IMG/VR virus record: IMGVR_UViG_3300020180_000013
Location: 32,196 to 96,195 of that record
Direction: 5' to 3' (one strand)
From: a virus
DNA: 64,000 nucleotides
The notes under the pieces were generated by a model. The model ran no database searches and had not been told where the DNA came from. It was given only the letters and a program-made list of their open reading frames with translations. Shown here piece after piece: positions 48,393 to 57,857 of the stretch (positions are counted from its first letter, which is position 1; the number at the start of each line of letters is the position of its first letter). Both the position numbers and the translations under genes were made by a program.

Positions 48393-49169
48393 TTATAATA
48401 ATTTAAAATTTGTATTATTAATACGTTTTCCTTTTAGTTTAAATAATAATGTATCATATCCTAAATAATAATCTTTAGAAGCTTCTTTTATAGACTTATA
48501 AATTTTTGTTGTAACTATATTTATAACCTTAGAATGTTTTCTGGATTTATTTTTAAGTTTATTAATATGTTCTTGTGATAATTTCTTTCCTGTTAATGCT
48601 TCTGATATTTTATTTCTAGTTAACTGACTTTTTTGTTTTCCAAAGTGTAGATGATTACTACCAGAATTTATTTTTGATAAATGTTTTTTCATTTCTTCAG
48701 AATTTCTTGGAATTCCTTTTTGAGATTCTGAAATCTTTTTTCTAGTTTCTTTAGATACTTTTCTTCCTGTATTTCCTAGTGCTATTTTATTACAATGTTC
48801 TTTAGAAAATTTCTTTCCATACCATGGATTATTATTTCCTGATTTAGATATAGATATTTTGTTTCTTACTTCTTCTGATGGATTTAGATACCCTTCACCA
48901 CCATCTGTAAGATTAGATAATACTCCAGTTTTATTATCTATCCTTCCATATAATTTAATAAATTCTATTTCTTTTTTACAGGCTTCTTCCCAGGATATAT
49001 TATCTAATACTATATCTACTCTAATTTCTGTTTTTATATAGATATCATTCCAGATTTTATTTCTTTTAGTAATTCTTTTAGATCTATAGTACTTATCAGA
49101 TTGAGAACCTATTCCTATATAAAAAGGCTCATTTTTATCCAATCTAATATGTCTATAAAGATAAGCCAT
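48393..49169 (-). CDS. GIY-YIG-family homing endonuclease with NUMOD3 repeats
   Basis: YLYRH...FYIGIG...E..FIKLYGR...NLTDGGEG; repeated SKETRKKISES-type motifs. Confidence 0.88.
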   Translation of the reverse strand: MAYLYRHIRLDKNEPFYIGIGSQSDKYYRSKRITKRNKIWNDIYIKTEIRVDIVLDNISWEEACKKEIEFIKLYGRIDNKTGVLSNLTDGGEGYLNPSEEVRNKISISKSGNNNPWYGKKFSKEHCNKIALGNTGRKVSKETRKKISESQKGIPRNSEEMKKHLSKINSGSNHLHFGKQKSQLTRNKISEALTGKKLSQEHINKLKNKSRKHSKVINIVTTKIYKSIKEASKDYYLGYDTLLFKLKGKRINNTNFKLL

Positions 49170-49174
49170 TTTAA

Positions 49175-52100
49175 TTATCTAAGATTTTTAAATGGGTTTC
49201 TTGACGGTCTTGAATCTGAATTTTTGTTAGTAGAGCCCATATTATGAAACAGTCCCTTATTTAATTTATACAAATTTTTGGACTTATCCAAATTTTTAGT
49301 AGAGTCTTCATCTACTCTTCTTCTTATTCCTCTATTAGCTTTTTGAATAGCCACGAATGCTACTAGAGCTGAGAAGGCAATTAATCTATCCACGTTTAGT
49401 CCTGGTTGATAAGCTGCCATCTCTGCTAATAACATTGGATCCGGGATTCTCTCTACTCCATAAGTGGTTTTTACTATAGTTCCATCGGGCTTAGTTTCAG
49501 TATCTAATGACTCAGTTAAATATTCAATAGCATAAGATAATAGATTAGTTTTAAAGAGAGTTCCTGTATTCTTCCAACCATATTCCTGGTATACATTCTG
49601 ATTAGCTCCTAGATCTTTTAGAAAGAGTATCTGATCTTTTGGTACTAAATATTTCTGTTTTCTCTGAGCTATCATGTGTTGAATGAATAGACTCACATTA
49701 TTCTCAACTATAGTCCATGCATTATACCACTCTATAATTAATTCTAGTCTTTCATGAGTTTTTGATATATCATTAAATCTACCACACCAGGAAGCTACTA
49801 TTCCATCTCTCTCTATAAAGGTCTCCATTTTACCAGCTCTATCTGCTTTGGTAACTTGAACTGCATTCTTATAAATATAGATGGTACATAATGATTCTGA
49901 AGTAGTAGTTTTTCCTTCAGAGACTGGATCTATTGAGGCATAGTATAGTCCAAATTCTGCATCTTTAATAGGTCTCTCATAACATACAAGAACTCCTTCT
50001 TTATCTTCTCTTTTTGGACTTATAGGAAATTCACTAATAGGTAGTTTACCGGTATCTTTTACTGCTACTTTTCCCTCTTCATTTCTATGAATGTCCAGAA
50101 ACTCATATGGATATAACTTCTCTTCTATTCGTCTAATTTGGTTTTGTACATGTACTTGAGGAAATATAGATATTTTTCTATAAGCAAATGCCTCTTGGAT
50201 ATTCCGGGGATGTTGAGAAATCCTAAGTTGGTATTTTTCTGGAGATAGATCTCTCTTCCAAATCAATCTTAGTTCATCTATTGCTTTATTAGCTTCTTCA
50301 ACTAGGGAGTTACCAAACTCATCTATGTAAGGAGGCATAGACCATTGCTCCGGAATAAATAATCCAGCTAGATCTGTAGTTCCTTTCTCATCTATAAGAT
50401 TTGTTGTTACTGCATAGATATCATTTCCTGAAGGATATAATATCATCTTTTTTAATGGCTCACATTGCTCCAGATCACCTACTGATCCTGCTATAATAAA
50501 TAATCCTGTAGTTAATAAACCAGATTTCATAGCAGGTAATAAGTACTCAATTGTTGTATCTGCTGTTGGGGCTATACCACCTTCTTCATAGAAGAAATAT
50601 CTGCAATTATGAGTAATAGTTCCGTCTTTTAAGATAAATAAATTATCCTCACATTCAAAACCGTAATAATTATCTACTTTATACTTAGTAACTTTTAAAC
50701 TACTAAATCTATTTTTTGATTTTATTCCCGATTTAGTGGCTTTTTTTCTTAATATTTTAGTAGGTATATGAGTAATATCTCCAGTTATATTTAACCTATA
50801 ACATGATGTTTTATATTTATATACTGTAGAAGTTTTTCCAGTAGAGTTTACAATATGTATATGTGCATCTAATCCAAGATGTATGCATAATTTTTGAATA
50901 TCATATGCAAGTTTTTTACTTTTTATACTTAGTTCAAATCTATGTTTTTTATTATTAAGATAACCATCCGTATCTAATATTCCTGCTAATAATTCAAATC
51001 TTTGTTGTTTAGATGCTGTAAAATAAGATTCTGGTATATGTTTATTATTTAAACCTAATTCTTCAAATCTATGATGATATGCGGGTAACATAGTTTTTAT
51101 TTTATAACCAGAACTTAGTTTCATATCCCACATTTGATCATTGTAATCCTTTCTATAAAGATTTCTATTTCTTTCTTCTACTAAATAACCTTCTTTTTTT
51201 GCTAATTCGTATATATAATTAGATATTTCAATATCCTTTGTTTTATTTACTAAAATTCTATAATCATATTTACAACCATCGCCTAAGTATAATCCTAAAT
51301 AATAAGGATCTATTAAAAGATTTTTGTATTTATTTTCTATACCGTTATATTTAACGCCCTTTAATACTGTTTTTTTCTTCCATTGAGATAACGATATAAA
51401 ATCTTTGGTTTTAATTATGATATTTGATTTTTTTTCTATATCCCATAAATATAATTTATGATCCCCAGTAGTAACATATGTATCTCCCTTTGATTGACTT
51501 ACTTTATACATAAGATCTTTTCCACTGTATAATTTTGTTACTTTTTTAGGTTTACCGTCTATTCCTATTATATAATCATTTAAAATTATATCTTGTACTT
51601 TTTTGAGAGTTCCGTCATGCATCACTATTAATGTATCTTTTAAAACACAAGGGCCTCCTACTCCATTAGTGGGATCTTTATCAAATGTTAATCCTTGTAT
51701 AGTTCCTTTATTACCCTGACTGGTCTTTCTATTATTTATAACTACTTCTATTTGCTGCTGCCACATGAGAACCTTTCCCGGGTTCATTGGTCTATACCAT
51801 GCAGTATGCTTATCTAAGAAATTCCTATATTCAGTAAGAAATTTCCAGGTTCCTTTCTCATTAATAAAATCTTTGTGAGAAGCTCCCATTTTCATAGTAA
51901 CTCCTTCTTCAAACCATATCTGATTTATCAGTTTAGCACAATGAAAGTAGCTACTGGCTATCTGCCGTTTCTTAAGAATAGCTGCATGTAGATTATGTAA
52001 TTCAGCTAAAAGTTCATAGAGGGCCATATGATACTGAGCATCTCTTACTTTAGCAAATCCAAAGTGTCCTTCTTCCTTATCAAAGATTGGAAGAAAATTT

Positions 52101-52411
52101 AACCACATATAATAATCCCGGGTTAGATACCAGGTCTTTCCATTATTTTTATAGATGGCCCCACACCTGTTTTTTGTCTTTTGATCATCCCAGTAAGTAA
52201 CATAATCCTTACTTCTTGAAGGAGCTATACAGTAAACTTTATCTTTATTAAAAATCCTGGCTTGCTCATTGAACTTGTGAGAAGTCTCATCAAACCCATA
52301 TTGACCAGGCTCCTTAAAAATAGAGAGTATAAAATCTCTAAACTCTTCTCTAGTCTTAAAACTAGTAGTAGTCCACTGGTTTTCATAGGTAGGTATCTCT
52401 ATGTAACTCAT
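49175..52411 (-). CDS. terL: Terminase large subunit (intein-containing precursor)
   Basis: LKKRQIASSY Walker A variant, FFYEE Walker B, ASIDPV and ENN nuclease motifs; precedes the portal gene. Confidence 0.92.
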   Translation of the reverse strand: MSYIEIPTYENQWTTTSFKTREEFRDFILSIFKEPGQYGFDETSHKFNEQARIFNKDKVYCIAPSRSKDYVTYWDDQKTKNRCGAIYKNNGKTWYLTRDYYMWLNFLPIFDKEEGHFGFAKVRDAQYHMALYELLAELHNLHAAILKKRQIASSYFHCAKLINQIWFEEGVTMKMGASHKDFINEKGTWKFLTEYRNFLDKHTAWYRPMNPGKVLMWQQQIEVVINNRKTSQGNKGTIQGLTFDKDPTNGVGGPCVLKDTLIVMHDGTLKKVQDIILNDYIIGIDGKPKKVTKLYSGKDLMYKVSQSKGDTYVTTGDHKLYLWDIEKKSNIIIKTKDFISLSQWKKKTVLKGVKYNGIENKYKNLLIDPYYLGLYLGDGCKYDYRILVNKTKDIEISNYIYELAKKEGYLVEERNRNLYRKDYNDQMWDMKLSSGYKIKTMLPAYHHRFEELGLNNKHIPESYFTASKQQRFELLAGILDTDGYLNNKKHRFELSIKSKKLAYDIQKLCIHLGLDAHIHIVNSTGKTSTVYKYKTSCYRLNITGDITHIPTKILRKKATKSGIKSKNRFSSLKVTKYKVDNYYGFECEDNLFILKDGTITHNCRYFFYEEGGIAPTADTTIEYLLPAMKSGLLTTGLFIIAGSVGDLEQCEPLKKMILYPSGNDIYAVTTNLIDEKGTTDLAGLFIPEQWSMPPYIDEFGNSLVEEANKAIDELRLIWKRDLSPEKYQLRISQHPRNIQEAFAYRKISIFPQVHVQNQIRRIEEKLYPYEFLDIHRNEEGKVAVKDTGKLPISEFPISPKREDKEGVLVCYERPIKDAEFGLYYASIDPVSEGKTTTSESLCTIYIYKNAVQVTKADRAGKMETFIERDGIVASWCGRFNDISKTHERLELIIEWYNAWTIVENNVSLFIQHMIAQRKQKYLVPKDQILFLKDLGANQNVYQEYGWKNTGTLFKTNLLSYAIEYLTESLDTETKPDGTIVKTTYGVERIPDPMLLAEMAAYQPGLNVDRLIAFSALVAFVAIQKANRGIRRRVDEDSTKNLDKSKNLYKLNKGLFHNMGSTNKNSDSRPSRNPFKNLR
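50606..51649 (-). mobile_element. Intein with LAGLIDADG homing endonuclease (348 aa)
   Basis: GP|CVLKDT... start, TGDH block B, LGLYLGDG and LAGILDTDG motifs, ...ITHN|C end. Confidence 0.95.
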
Positions 52412-52413
52412 AC

Positions 52414-52932
52414 TTACTGATCATAAGCTTTATCAATCTTACCTCTAACATGTATCTTTTGTTCTTCTTCAAGATCTTTATATGCACTTTTATAAGTCAT
52501 CCTCATATCTGTAAGATCTTTCATGGCTCGGAGAATAAAAGCTCCATTTCCATCTTTACTATTTCCATTAATATTAGTCTCTCTTAGATACTTATTTATT
52601 TTATCTAACATGATTTTGGCTGCTATAGCTGATCTATAAGTTGGAGTTTCGTATAACTGATGACATCTTTCAATTGCAGTTATAATCATTGGATCTTCTA
52701 TTGAAAACTCAGCTTCTATATCACTAAGTATTACTTGTTCTTTATCTTCTTCCGGAAGATTAAAATAAGGATTTATGGTAGGATTAGGACAGCAGATGTA
52801 AAATAGATATTGATAGATCTTTAGATAATCCTTTGGATATTTATCTATGATATCTTTTAAGAACTTAATAGTATGAACATGAATAGAAGGAATGATCTTT
52901 CCATTCTCTATATCAAATAGACAGGCTAACAT
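52414..52932 (-). CDS. Putative terminase small subunit
   Basis: 172 aa, helical, immediately upstream of TerL; ends in VRG...AYDQ. Confidence 0.5.
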   Translation of the reverse strand: MLACLFDIENGKIIPSIHVHTIKFLKDIIDKYPKDYLKIYQYLFYICCPNPTINPYFNLPEEDKEQVILSDIEAEFSIEDPMIITAIERCHQLYETPTYRSAIAAKIMLDKINKYLRETNINGNSKDGNGAFILRAMKDLTDMRMTYKSAYKDLEEEQKIHVRGKIDKAYDQ

Positions 52933-53303
52933 AAATCTCTAAGTCTAGTTAACACATCTGCAGAAGTATGACCATCGAATTCTGGGGCTTTATCCAGGGT
53001 CTCAGCAAACTTACATTTATCCCATAGTTCTATAGGTAAATGATATGTAATTTGTTTACCTGGCTCTTTACCAAGTCCTAGTACAAACCATCCTTTCCAG
53101 ATAGTATTGTCTGAGTGTTTGATAGTTCTCCATGCATCATGATCTGTTCCTTCAAGACATCTGCAAAGTGCTATAAATAATACTATTCTATGATCATATA
53201 ATTCTTTGAATGTATGATAAGTATCACTGATATTATCTTTATTAATATCTAGATTACTTATTAAACTATTTATAGATTTAATAATTTCTTTTTCTTTTTC
53301 CAT
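52926..53303 (-). CDS. Conserved phage hypothetical protein (WDGH-like domain)
   Basis: SDTYHTFKELYDHR...GWF...QITYHLP...APEFDGHT. Confidence 0.7.
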   Translation of the reverse strand: MEKEKEIIKSINSLISNLDINKDNISDTYHTFKELYDHRIVLFIALCRCLEGTDHDAWRTIKHSDNTIWKGWFVLGLGKEPGKQITYHLPIELWDKCKFAETLDKAPEFDGHTSADVLTRLRDLC

Positions 53304-53760
53304 AGATTAGATTTTGAAGTTGAGGTTTATTTAGACCTAGCCTATAAGCATGTTGGTTATTTTCATAATAGGTACACCACTCTAAATTATTAATATGATT
53401 GTTATTTTTATTTCCATCTAAATGATTAATACACGGTTTATTTTCAGGATTTGGAATAAAGGTTTGAGCAACTAGTCTATGTACTAGAAATGTATTATCT
53501 CTACCTAAATTTACTCTATGATATGATTTCTTATTATTTAGATTAAGTTTACTACACATAATAATATCTCTTCTTCTATTTATAAGTTTATTTTTACTAT
53601 CGGGTCTTCCTACTTTTTTTGATAATGATTTTATTCTTCCAAAAGTACTTGCTTGATATCTACCTTCATATTCTGGTATATCTCTCCATACTTCAATATC
53701 CGAAATAAGATTGGTATCAGAATCCTTTATAAGGATATTTAGAGCATCTTCTTTTTTCAT
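53278..53760 (-). CDS. NUMOD4-HNH homing endonuclease
   Basis: EVWRDIPEYEGRYQASTFGRIKS; VHRLVA...INHLDGNKNNN...NLEW. Confidence 0.95.
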   Translation of the reverse strand: MKKEDALNILIKDSDTNLISDIEVWRDIPEYEGRYQASTFGRIKSLSKKVGRPDSKNKLINRRRDIIMCSKLNLNNKKSYHRVNLGRDNTFLVHRLVAQTFIPNPENKPCINHLDGNKNNNHINNLEWCTYYENNQHAYRLGLNKPQLQNLIYGKRKRNY

Positions 53761-54593
53761 TTCTTAACTTTTATTAAATGTCTGTTGTCTCTAAGATAGT
53801 TAATCATAGCTATTACTTCACTTTTATAATAAGGGACTGGATAATGCTTTAGATCTTTAATCACATAATTACCAGATGAATCTTTTTTGTATATAGGATA
53901 ATTATATTTATCTCTGGCTTCTTCTTCAAAGATTACATGGTCTATAACTAGCTTTCCTGGAATGAACTGAGGATTATGCTTTAGAATCATGTATAAATAT
54001 AAACTAAGTTGTAGTCCATAGTGCACTATATGACAATCATCTAGGTGATCTAAAGGATATAACATTTTAGTAGTACGTCCCTCCCAATTAGTAAAGCCTT
54101 CTAGCTTAATTTCTTTACTGGTTTTATAATCTGAAATAGAAACAAGTCTGTTAACTACCTCTACTCTATCTGACTGTCCACAAATTCCAGCTGATTTTAA
54201 ATATACCAAATGCTCAGGATATATTCCATTCTGAAGTTTCTGATCTGGAGCATATTTTATTCCCTCAATTATAATAGGCTTTACAATAGGAACTGTAACT
54301 CCATGTCTTTCCATAGTCTCAAATTCCATAATATCACTCTCTCTTTGATTATGATACCATGTACCTAATGTAGTAGATCTGTCTCCTTCACCCTTCCAGA
54401 TAGATTGTATTTCTTCTGGAGAAATTCCATACCATTTAGATCTAACATTATTAGATGATCTGGTAGCTTGTTTTACCGGATCAAAAGACTGTTTAAAATG
54501 AGAAACAAATGTAGTCACTCCTAACCAGTCTATTTTCTCACTAGGATCAATACTTTGATATTGATGAAACTCTGGTTTAAAGATGAGTGCCAT
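53757..54593 (-). CDS. PD-(D/E)XK exonuclease-like protein
   Basis: GTWYH...PEHLVY...GQSD...DYKT...YGLQLSLY. Confidence 0.85.
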   Translation of the reverse strand: MALIFKPEFHQYQSIDPSEKIDWLGVTTFVSHFKQSFDPVKQATRSSNNVRSKWYGISPEEIQSIWKGEGDRSTTLGTWYHNQRESDIMEFETMERHGVTVPIVKPIIIEGIKYAPDQKLQNGIYPEHLVYLKSAGICGQSDRVEVVNRLVSISDYKTSKEIKLEGFTNWEGRTTKMLYPLDHLDDCHIVHYGLQLSLYLYMILKHNPQFIPGKLVIDHVIFEEEARDKYNYPIYKKDSSGNYVIKDLKHYPVPYYKSEVIAMINYLRDNRHLIKVKK

Positions 54594-54901
54594 TAGTTAG
54601 TATTTAGATGATCATTAAGTGTATCCTCTTCTTCCTGAGTAAGAACAGCTTCCCATCTTTTATCATCACAGGATGCAGATAGAGCTCTTTGTTTAAAGTG
54701 TAAACAACATCCACATAATTTACAACATGGTTGAGTTCCCGGGATTGTACAGGAGGATCCTTCAGTATCTATATTAGGACATGCCTCACATATTCTCTTT
54801 CTCTCATTGGCTATCTCTTCCACATGATCTGAAGTAAATATAGAGTTTGTGATTCCTTCAAGAATCTTGCCCTTGTTTTTCCATATTCTGATTAGACTCA
54901 T
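54593..54901 (-). CDS. Small Cys-rich putative metal-binding protein
   Basis: CEAC...C...CCKLCGC...C...W. Confidence 0.7.
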   Translation of the reverse strand: MSLIRIWKNKGKILEGITNSIFTSDHVEEIANERKRICEACPNIDTEGSSCTIPGTQPCCKLCGCCLHFKQRALSASCDDKRWEAVLTQEEEDTLNDHLNTN

Positions 54902-55262
54902 CCTGATGTTTCTTTAGTTTAAACTGCTGTTTTCTATTGGCTTCTTCTTGATAGAAGTCTGTTAGTTTTTGCAGTCTTCTTATTAGTTCTTCTAACTGTT
55001 CTTGTTTTTCAGCACTGGTAAATGTCAGAGGAGTTTTACCGGCCAATATTCCTGAATAAGTTTTAAGACGTTTTTTAAGCATCTTTTTTCTTACTTTAAA
55101 TGATCCTAGATTTGGCATTAATACTGTGGGCTCATTTAATTCAACCAACATTTTCCTAAGATTCTTCCAATAAAACTTAAGAATATGCTCTACTAATATA
55201 GGATCTAATTCTAGATCTTTAGCAGTTTGCTTAGATATATCTTCAGCCTTCCTGGGATTCAA
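54858..55262 (-). CDS. HU/IHF-like DNA-binding protein (divergent)
   Basis: Two helices then VLMPNLGSFKVR, matching the HU/IHF hairpin. Confidence 0.6.
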   Translation of the reverse strand: MNPRKAEDISKQTAKDLELDPILVEHILKFYWKNLRKMLVELNEPTVLMPNLGSFKVRKKMLKKRLKTYSGILAGKTPLTFTSAEKQEQLEELIRRLQKLTDFYQEEANRKQQFKLKKHQDESNQNMEKQGQDS

Positions 55263-55611
55263 CTCTTAAGATTTTATAGTCTAATAAAATATTACCAATA
55301 GTTTGAATATTCTGAATATTTAGAGATATCTTTTTCTTATTCTTCCCCTTTTTAATTATAAGTTGTTTTTCCTCTGCTTTGTTGATTATATTTCTCACTG
55401 ACTGCAAACTAGTTGCTATATGAGTGTCAACTGCCGATTTACAGAAATCTCCTAAGATTGTTTCTCCGGTTAATGCCAGGAGAGTTAAACAATTCAGATC
55501 AAGATCAGAAATGATAATCTTATTGATATGACAGTGAATATTCAATTGAAACTTCACTATATCCCATTGATCCATTCTGATCTTTTTCTGTACCTGATTT
55601 ACAATAGCCAT
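55243..55611 (-). CDS. Hypothetical protein, possible winged-helix regulator
   Basis: 122 aa; SLQSVRNIINKAEEKQLIIK resembles a wHTH recognition helix and wing. Confidence 0.45.
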   Translation of the reverse strand: MAIVNQVQKKIRMDQWDIVKFQLNIHCHINKIIISDLDLNCLTLLALTGETILGDFCKSAVDTHIATSLQSVRNIINKAEEKQLIIKKGKNKKKISLNIQNIQTIGNILLDYKILRVESQEG

Positions 55612-55636
55612 GTTGGTTTATGGTTTTACTAAAATA

Positions 55637-55768
55637 TTACTCTACTACAGTCCAATCTTCAGCTAATACATCTGTTTGAGATGCTAGCCAAGGAACTTGT
55701 TTTTTATCTGCCGTAAACATATAAATATATGGAAGACTCATTTTACTATTTGCATCTGGAGTTTGTAT
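55637..55768 (-). pseudogene. C-terminal half of a DUF2829 (Tad2/AcrIIA7-like) protein
   Basis: Read manually: IQTPDANSKMSLPYIYMFTADKKQVPWLASQTDVLAEDWTVVE*; preceded in frame by TAG, and the upstream ATG (55805) is out of frame. Confidence 0.75.
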
Positions 55769-55817
55769 CTAATCTAATATTTCTAATGTTAGTTTCTGTA
55801 TCCATAATTATTTGGTT

Positions 55818-56120
55818 TTAGTGGGTTGCTACTTCTGGTTGAGCTTCTTGTTTAACTGAATCTGATTGTGATGCTTTTGTCTCAGCTTTATTTTTAGCCT
55901 CTTCCTCTTGAGAGGGAGCTAACATTTGTCCCATTAATACCTGGGCTCTGATTCTTCTAGTTCTTAACTCGTCTATTTCTGTGATAAGTGTTTCATACTT
56001 TTTTTGTTCTTCAAGAAAGGGTTGTTGGTCTTTAAAGAACTGTAGCATCTGTGCTTTTCTTTGTGCTATCTGTTCTGGGGTAAGAACTTCTTCTGCTTGT
56101 TCTGGACTTTGGTTTTCCAT
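55818..56120 (-). CDS. Hypothetical coiled-coil protein
   Basis: 100 aa, E/Q-rich; first gene after a terminator and promoter. Confidence 0.7.
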   Translation of the reverse strand: MENQSPEQAEEVLTPEQIAQRKAQMLQFFKDQQPFLEEQKKYETLITEIDELRTRRIRAQVLMGQMLAPSQEEEAKNKAETKASQSDSVKQEAQPEVATH

Positions 56121-56227
56121 TTATTATAGTTTTTAGTTCGAAGTTTAAATCTTGGATAAATATACTAATTTAAGTTTAAACTAAAAGTGTATATTTTATT
56201 AAAAATACTAAAAGGCTTATATTAATG

Positions 56228-56253
56228 AAAAAAGCCACTTTTTAGGTGGCTAA
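56228..56253 (-). terminator. Intrinsic terminator closing the lysis cassette
   Basis: Minus strand AGCCAC-CTAAAAA-GTGGCT followed by TTTTT. Confidence 0.8.
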
Positions 56254-56276
56254 TATTAATAAAATGTTGATAACTC

Positions 56277-56702
56277 TTACTTTATAATGACTAATACTCC
56301 AAGAAGTGCTGATAAAATAGCAAAGGATACTTTGTACTTTTTCTGTTTTGAAGCATATTTTTGAGTGAGGTTTAAATCTTGTTTAAGAGTAGCTAATAAC
56401 ATATTAGCATTAAGGATCTGTGCATTGTTGTTATCTATAATAGATCTAAGAATATTATTCTGAGTAGTCTGTTTCTTTACAATACTATCTAATTGATGAA
56501 TGGTTTGTATATTAATTGGCTCAATAGAATCACAGTATATTTCATTAGAAATACTAGTGACAATATAATTATATTGATTAGGATAAAAACAACGAAAGTC
56601 AGTAGTGCCCTCTCTAATGATTGTCGGTTGTAATGTGGATGGTTGACATAAAGCTATCCTGTTTAGTAAGAGTAGCATTATTAAGAAGCTTAAACCTTTC
56701 AT
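56277..56702 (-). CDS. Putative spanin-like protein (signal peptide, coiled coil, C-terminal TM)
   Basis: Signal-like N-terminus ending IALC; C-terminal hydrophobic helix; overlaps the upstream gene by 89 bp. Confidence 0.5.
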   Translation of the reverse strand: MKGLSFLIMLLLLNRIALCQPSTLQPTIIREGTTDFRCFYPNQYNYIVTSISNEIYCDSIEPINIQTIHQLDSIVKKQTTQNNILRSIIDNNNAQILNANMLLATLKQDLNLTQKYASKQKKYKVSFAILSALLGVLVIIK

Positions 56703-56982
56703 GTTTCTTATCTGTTAAGTAAACTGATTTGATCTCATTCTGAGCTGCTCTCTTCTTTATACTATCAGTACTGAGAGAATCTTTATAGTGGGCTTGTAAT
56801 AATATTATATTAATAGAAGCCAGGGAATCCTGTGACTTCTGAAATCTTTTATAGAGCTCAGTGTTATCTACTGGTTTGGTAGGATTATTGAACCGGTTTA
56901 CAATTATAGGAATAAAAAAAGCAGCAAGAAGTGCAAATATTAGCAATGCTATAAGTGTACCAATTACTGCTTTTATATTCAT
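56614..56982 (-). CDS. Putative inner-membrane spanin-like protein
   Basis: N-terminal TM plus helical periplasmic part; lies in the lysis cassette. Confidence 0.5.
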   Translation of the reverse strand: MNIKAVIGTLIALLIFALLAAFFIPIIVNRFNNPTKPVDNTELYKRFQKSQDSLASINIILLQAHYKDSLSTDSIKKRAAQNEIKSVYLTDKKHERFKLLNNATLTKQDSFMSTIHITTDNH

Positions 56983-56985
56983 AAA

Positions 56986-57192
56986 TTATTTCTTAGTTGT
57001 ATCAACTTTAGTAGTGTCTACAGTAACTGGAACTGTGGGTACTAATGTATCTATAATTGGAGCTACTATAGTACTATCAGTAGTTGGTGCTGAATCAGCA
57101 CTATACATAAAATTATAGCTTGCTATCAATCCTGCAGAGATTCCTGCTATTACTAAAATTATTACTAATGATTTTTTTGAAAAGAGTTTCAT
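56986..57192 (-). CDS. Small membrane-anchored Thr/Asp-rich protein
   Basis: 68 aa; N-terminal TM, then DSA/DST/DTL/DTT/DTT. Confidence 0.65.
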   Translation of the reverse strand: MKLFSKKSLVIILVIAGISAGLIASYNFMYSADSAPTTDSTIVAPIIDTLVPTVPVTVDTTKVDTTKK

Positions 57193-57201
57193 TGATTTAG
57201 A

Positions 57202-57492
57202 TTATTGATTAGGCTCTAAAGATACAGTTTCTTTTGGATTATTGGCATTCTCTATAGTGGTTTTATCTACTGATTTTCTATAACCAAGAAGACCGGCCCC
57301 AACTAGGATATTAGCTGAAGAATACATCATAACATCTGTAGTATGTGAGATACAGGCTTTATCTACACATCCAAATAGAAAAGCTATTACACTTAATACT
57401 ATAATATATACTCCCATACTCCCTGATCCGGAAGTCTTACCATCACTATTACTAGTCATCTGGCCAAAACTAAACTTATTAATATCTGTCAT
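57202..57492 (-). CDS. Putative holin (2 TM)
   Basis: 96 aa; SDGKTSGS then two hydrophobic helices; near the endolysin. Confidence 0.55.
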   Translation of the reverse strand: MTDINKFSFGQMTSNSDGKTSGSGSMGVYIIVLSVIAFLFGCVDKACISHTTDVMMYSSANILVGAGLLGYRKSVDKTTIENANNPKETVSLEPNQ

Positions 57493-57493
57493 A

Positions 57494-57856
57494 TTACTTA
57501 GATTTTTGATTGTAAAATTGCTCTGATTCTCTCCATCCCTTTTGATATGAAGATTCTTTCTCTAATTGATTTAATCTATCTTCATGTTTAAGCATCCAGT
57601 CCATAAACTTAGATGCAGCTTCCTTGTATTGAGTCTCTTTTTTCTCATCTTTCTCATTAAATATTCCATACTGTCTTTTTGAATCAGCTTTTAAATTCTC
57701 ATTTTCCTTTTTAAGATCAGAAATGTCAGCAACATTACTTAGTATAAGATAATAAGCATAGGTACAAGAAACAATAGCTCCTACAGCAATGCCTCCAATT
57801 TTCAACCAATTATTTATGGTTGACCCAACTCTATCTGCTTTCTCAAGAGCTGGCAT
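57494..57856 (-). CDS. Single-TM coiled-coil protein of the lysis cassette
   Basis: 120 aa; TM at ~20-40. Confidence 0.55.
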   Translation of the reverse strand: MPALEKADRVGSTINNWLKIGGIAVGAIVSCTYAYYLILSNVADISDLKKENENLKADSKRQYGIFNEKDEKKETQYKEAASKFMDWMLKHEDRLNQLEKESSYQKGWRESEQFYNQKSK

Positions 57857-57857
57857 A

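Noticed and set aside
48393-49169. Group I introns housing the homing endonucleases
   Set aside because: The flanking genes appear complete and the spacers are only a few nt, leaving no room for ribozyme cores.
53757-54593. Cas4 call for the nuclease
   Set aside because: It lacks the four-Cys Fe-S arrangement of Cas4; kept as generic PD-(D/E)XK.
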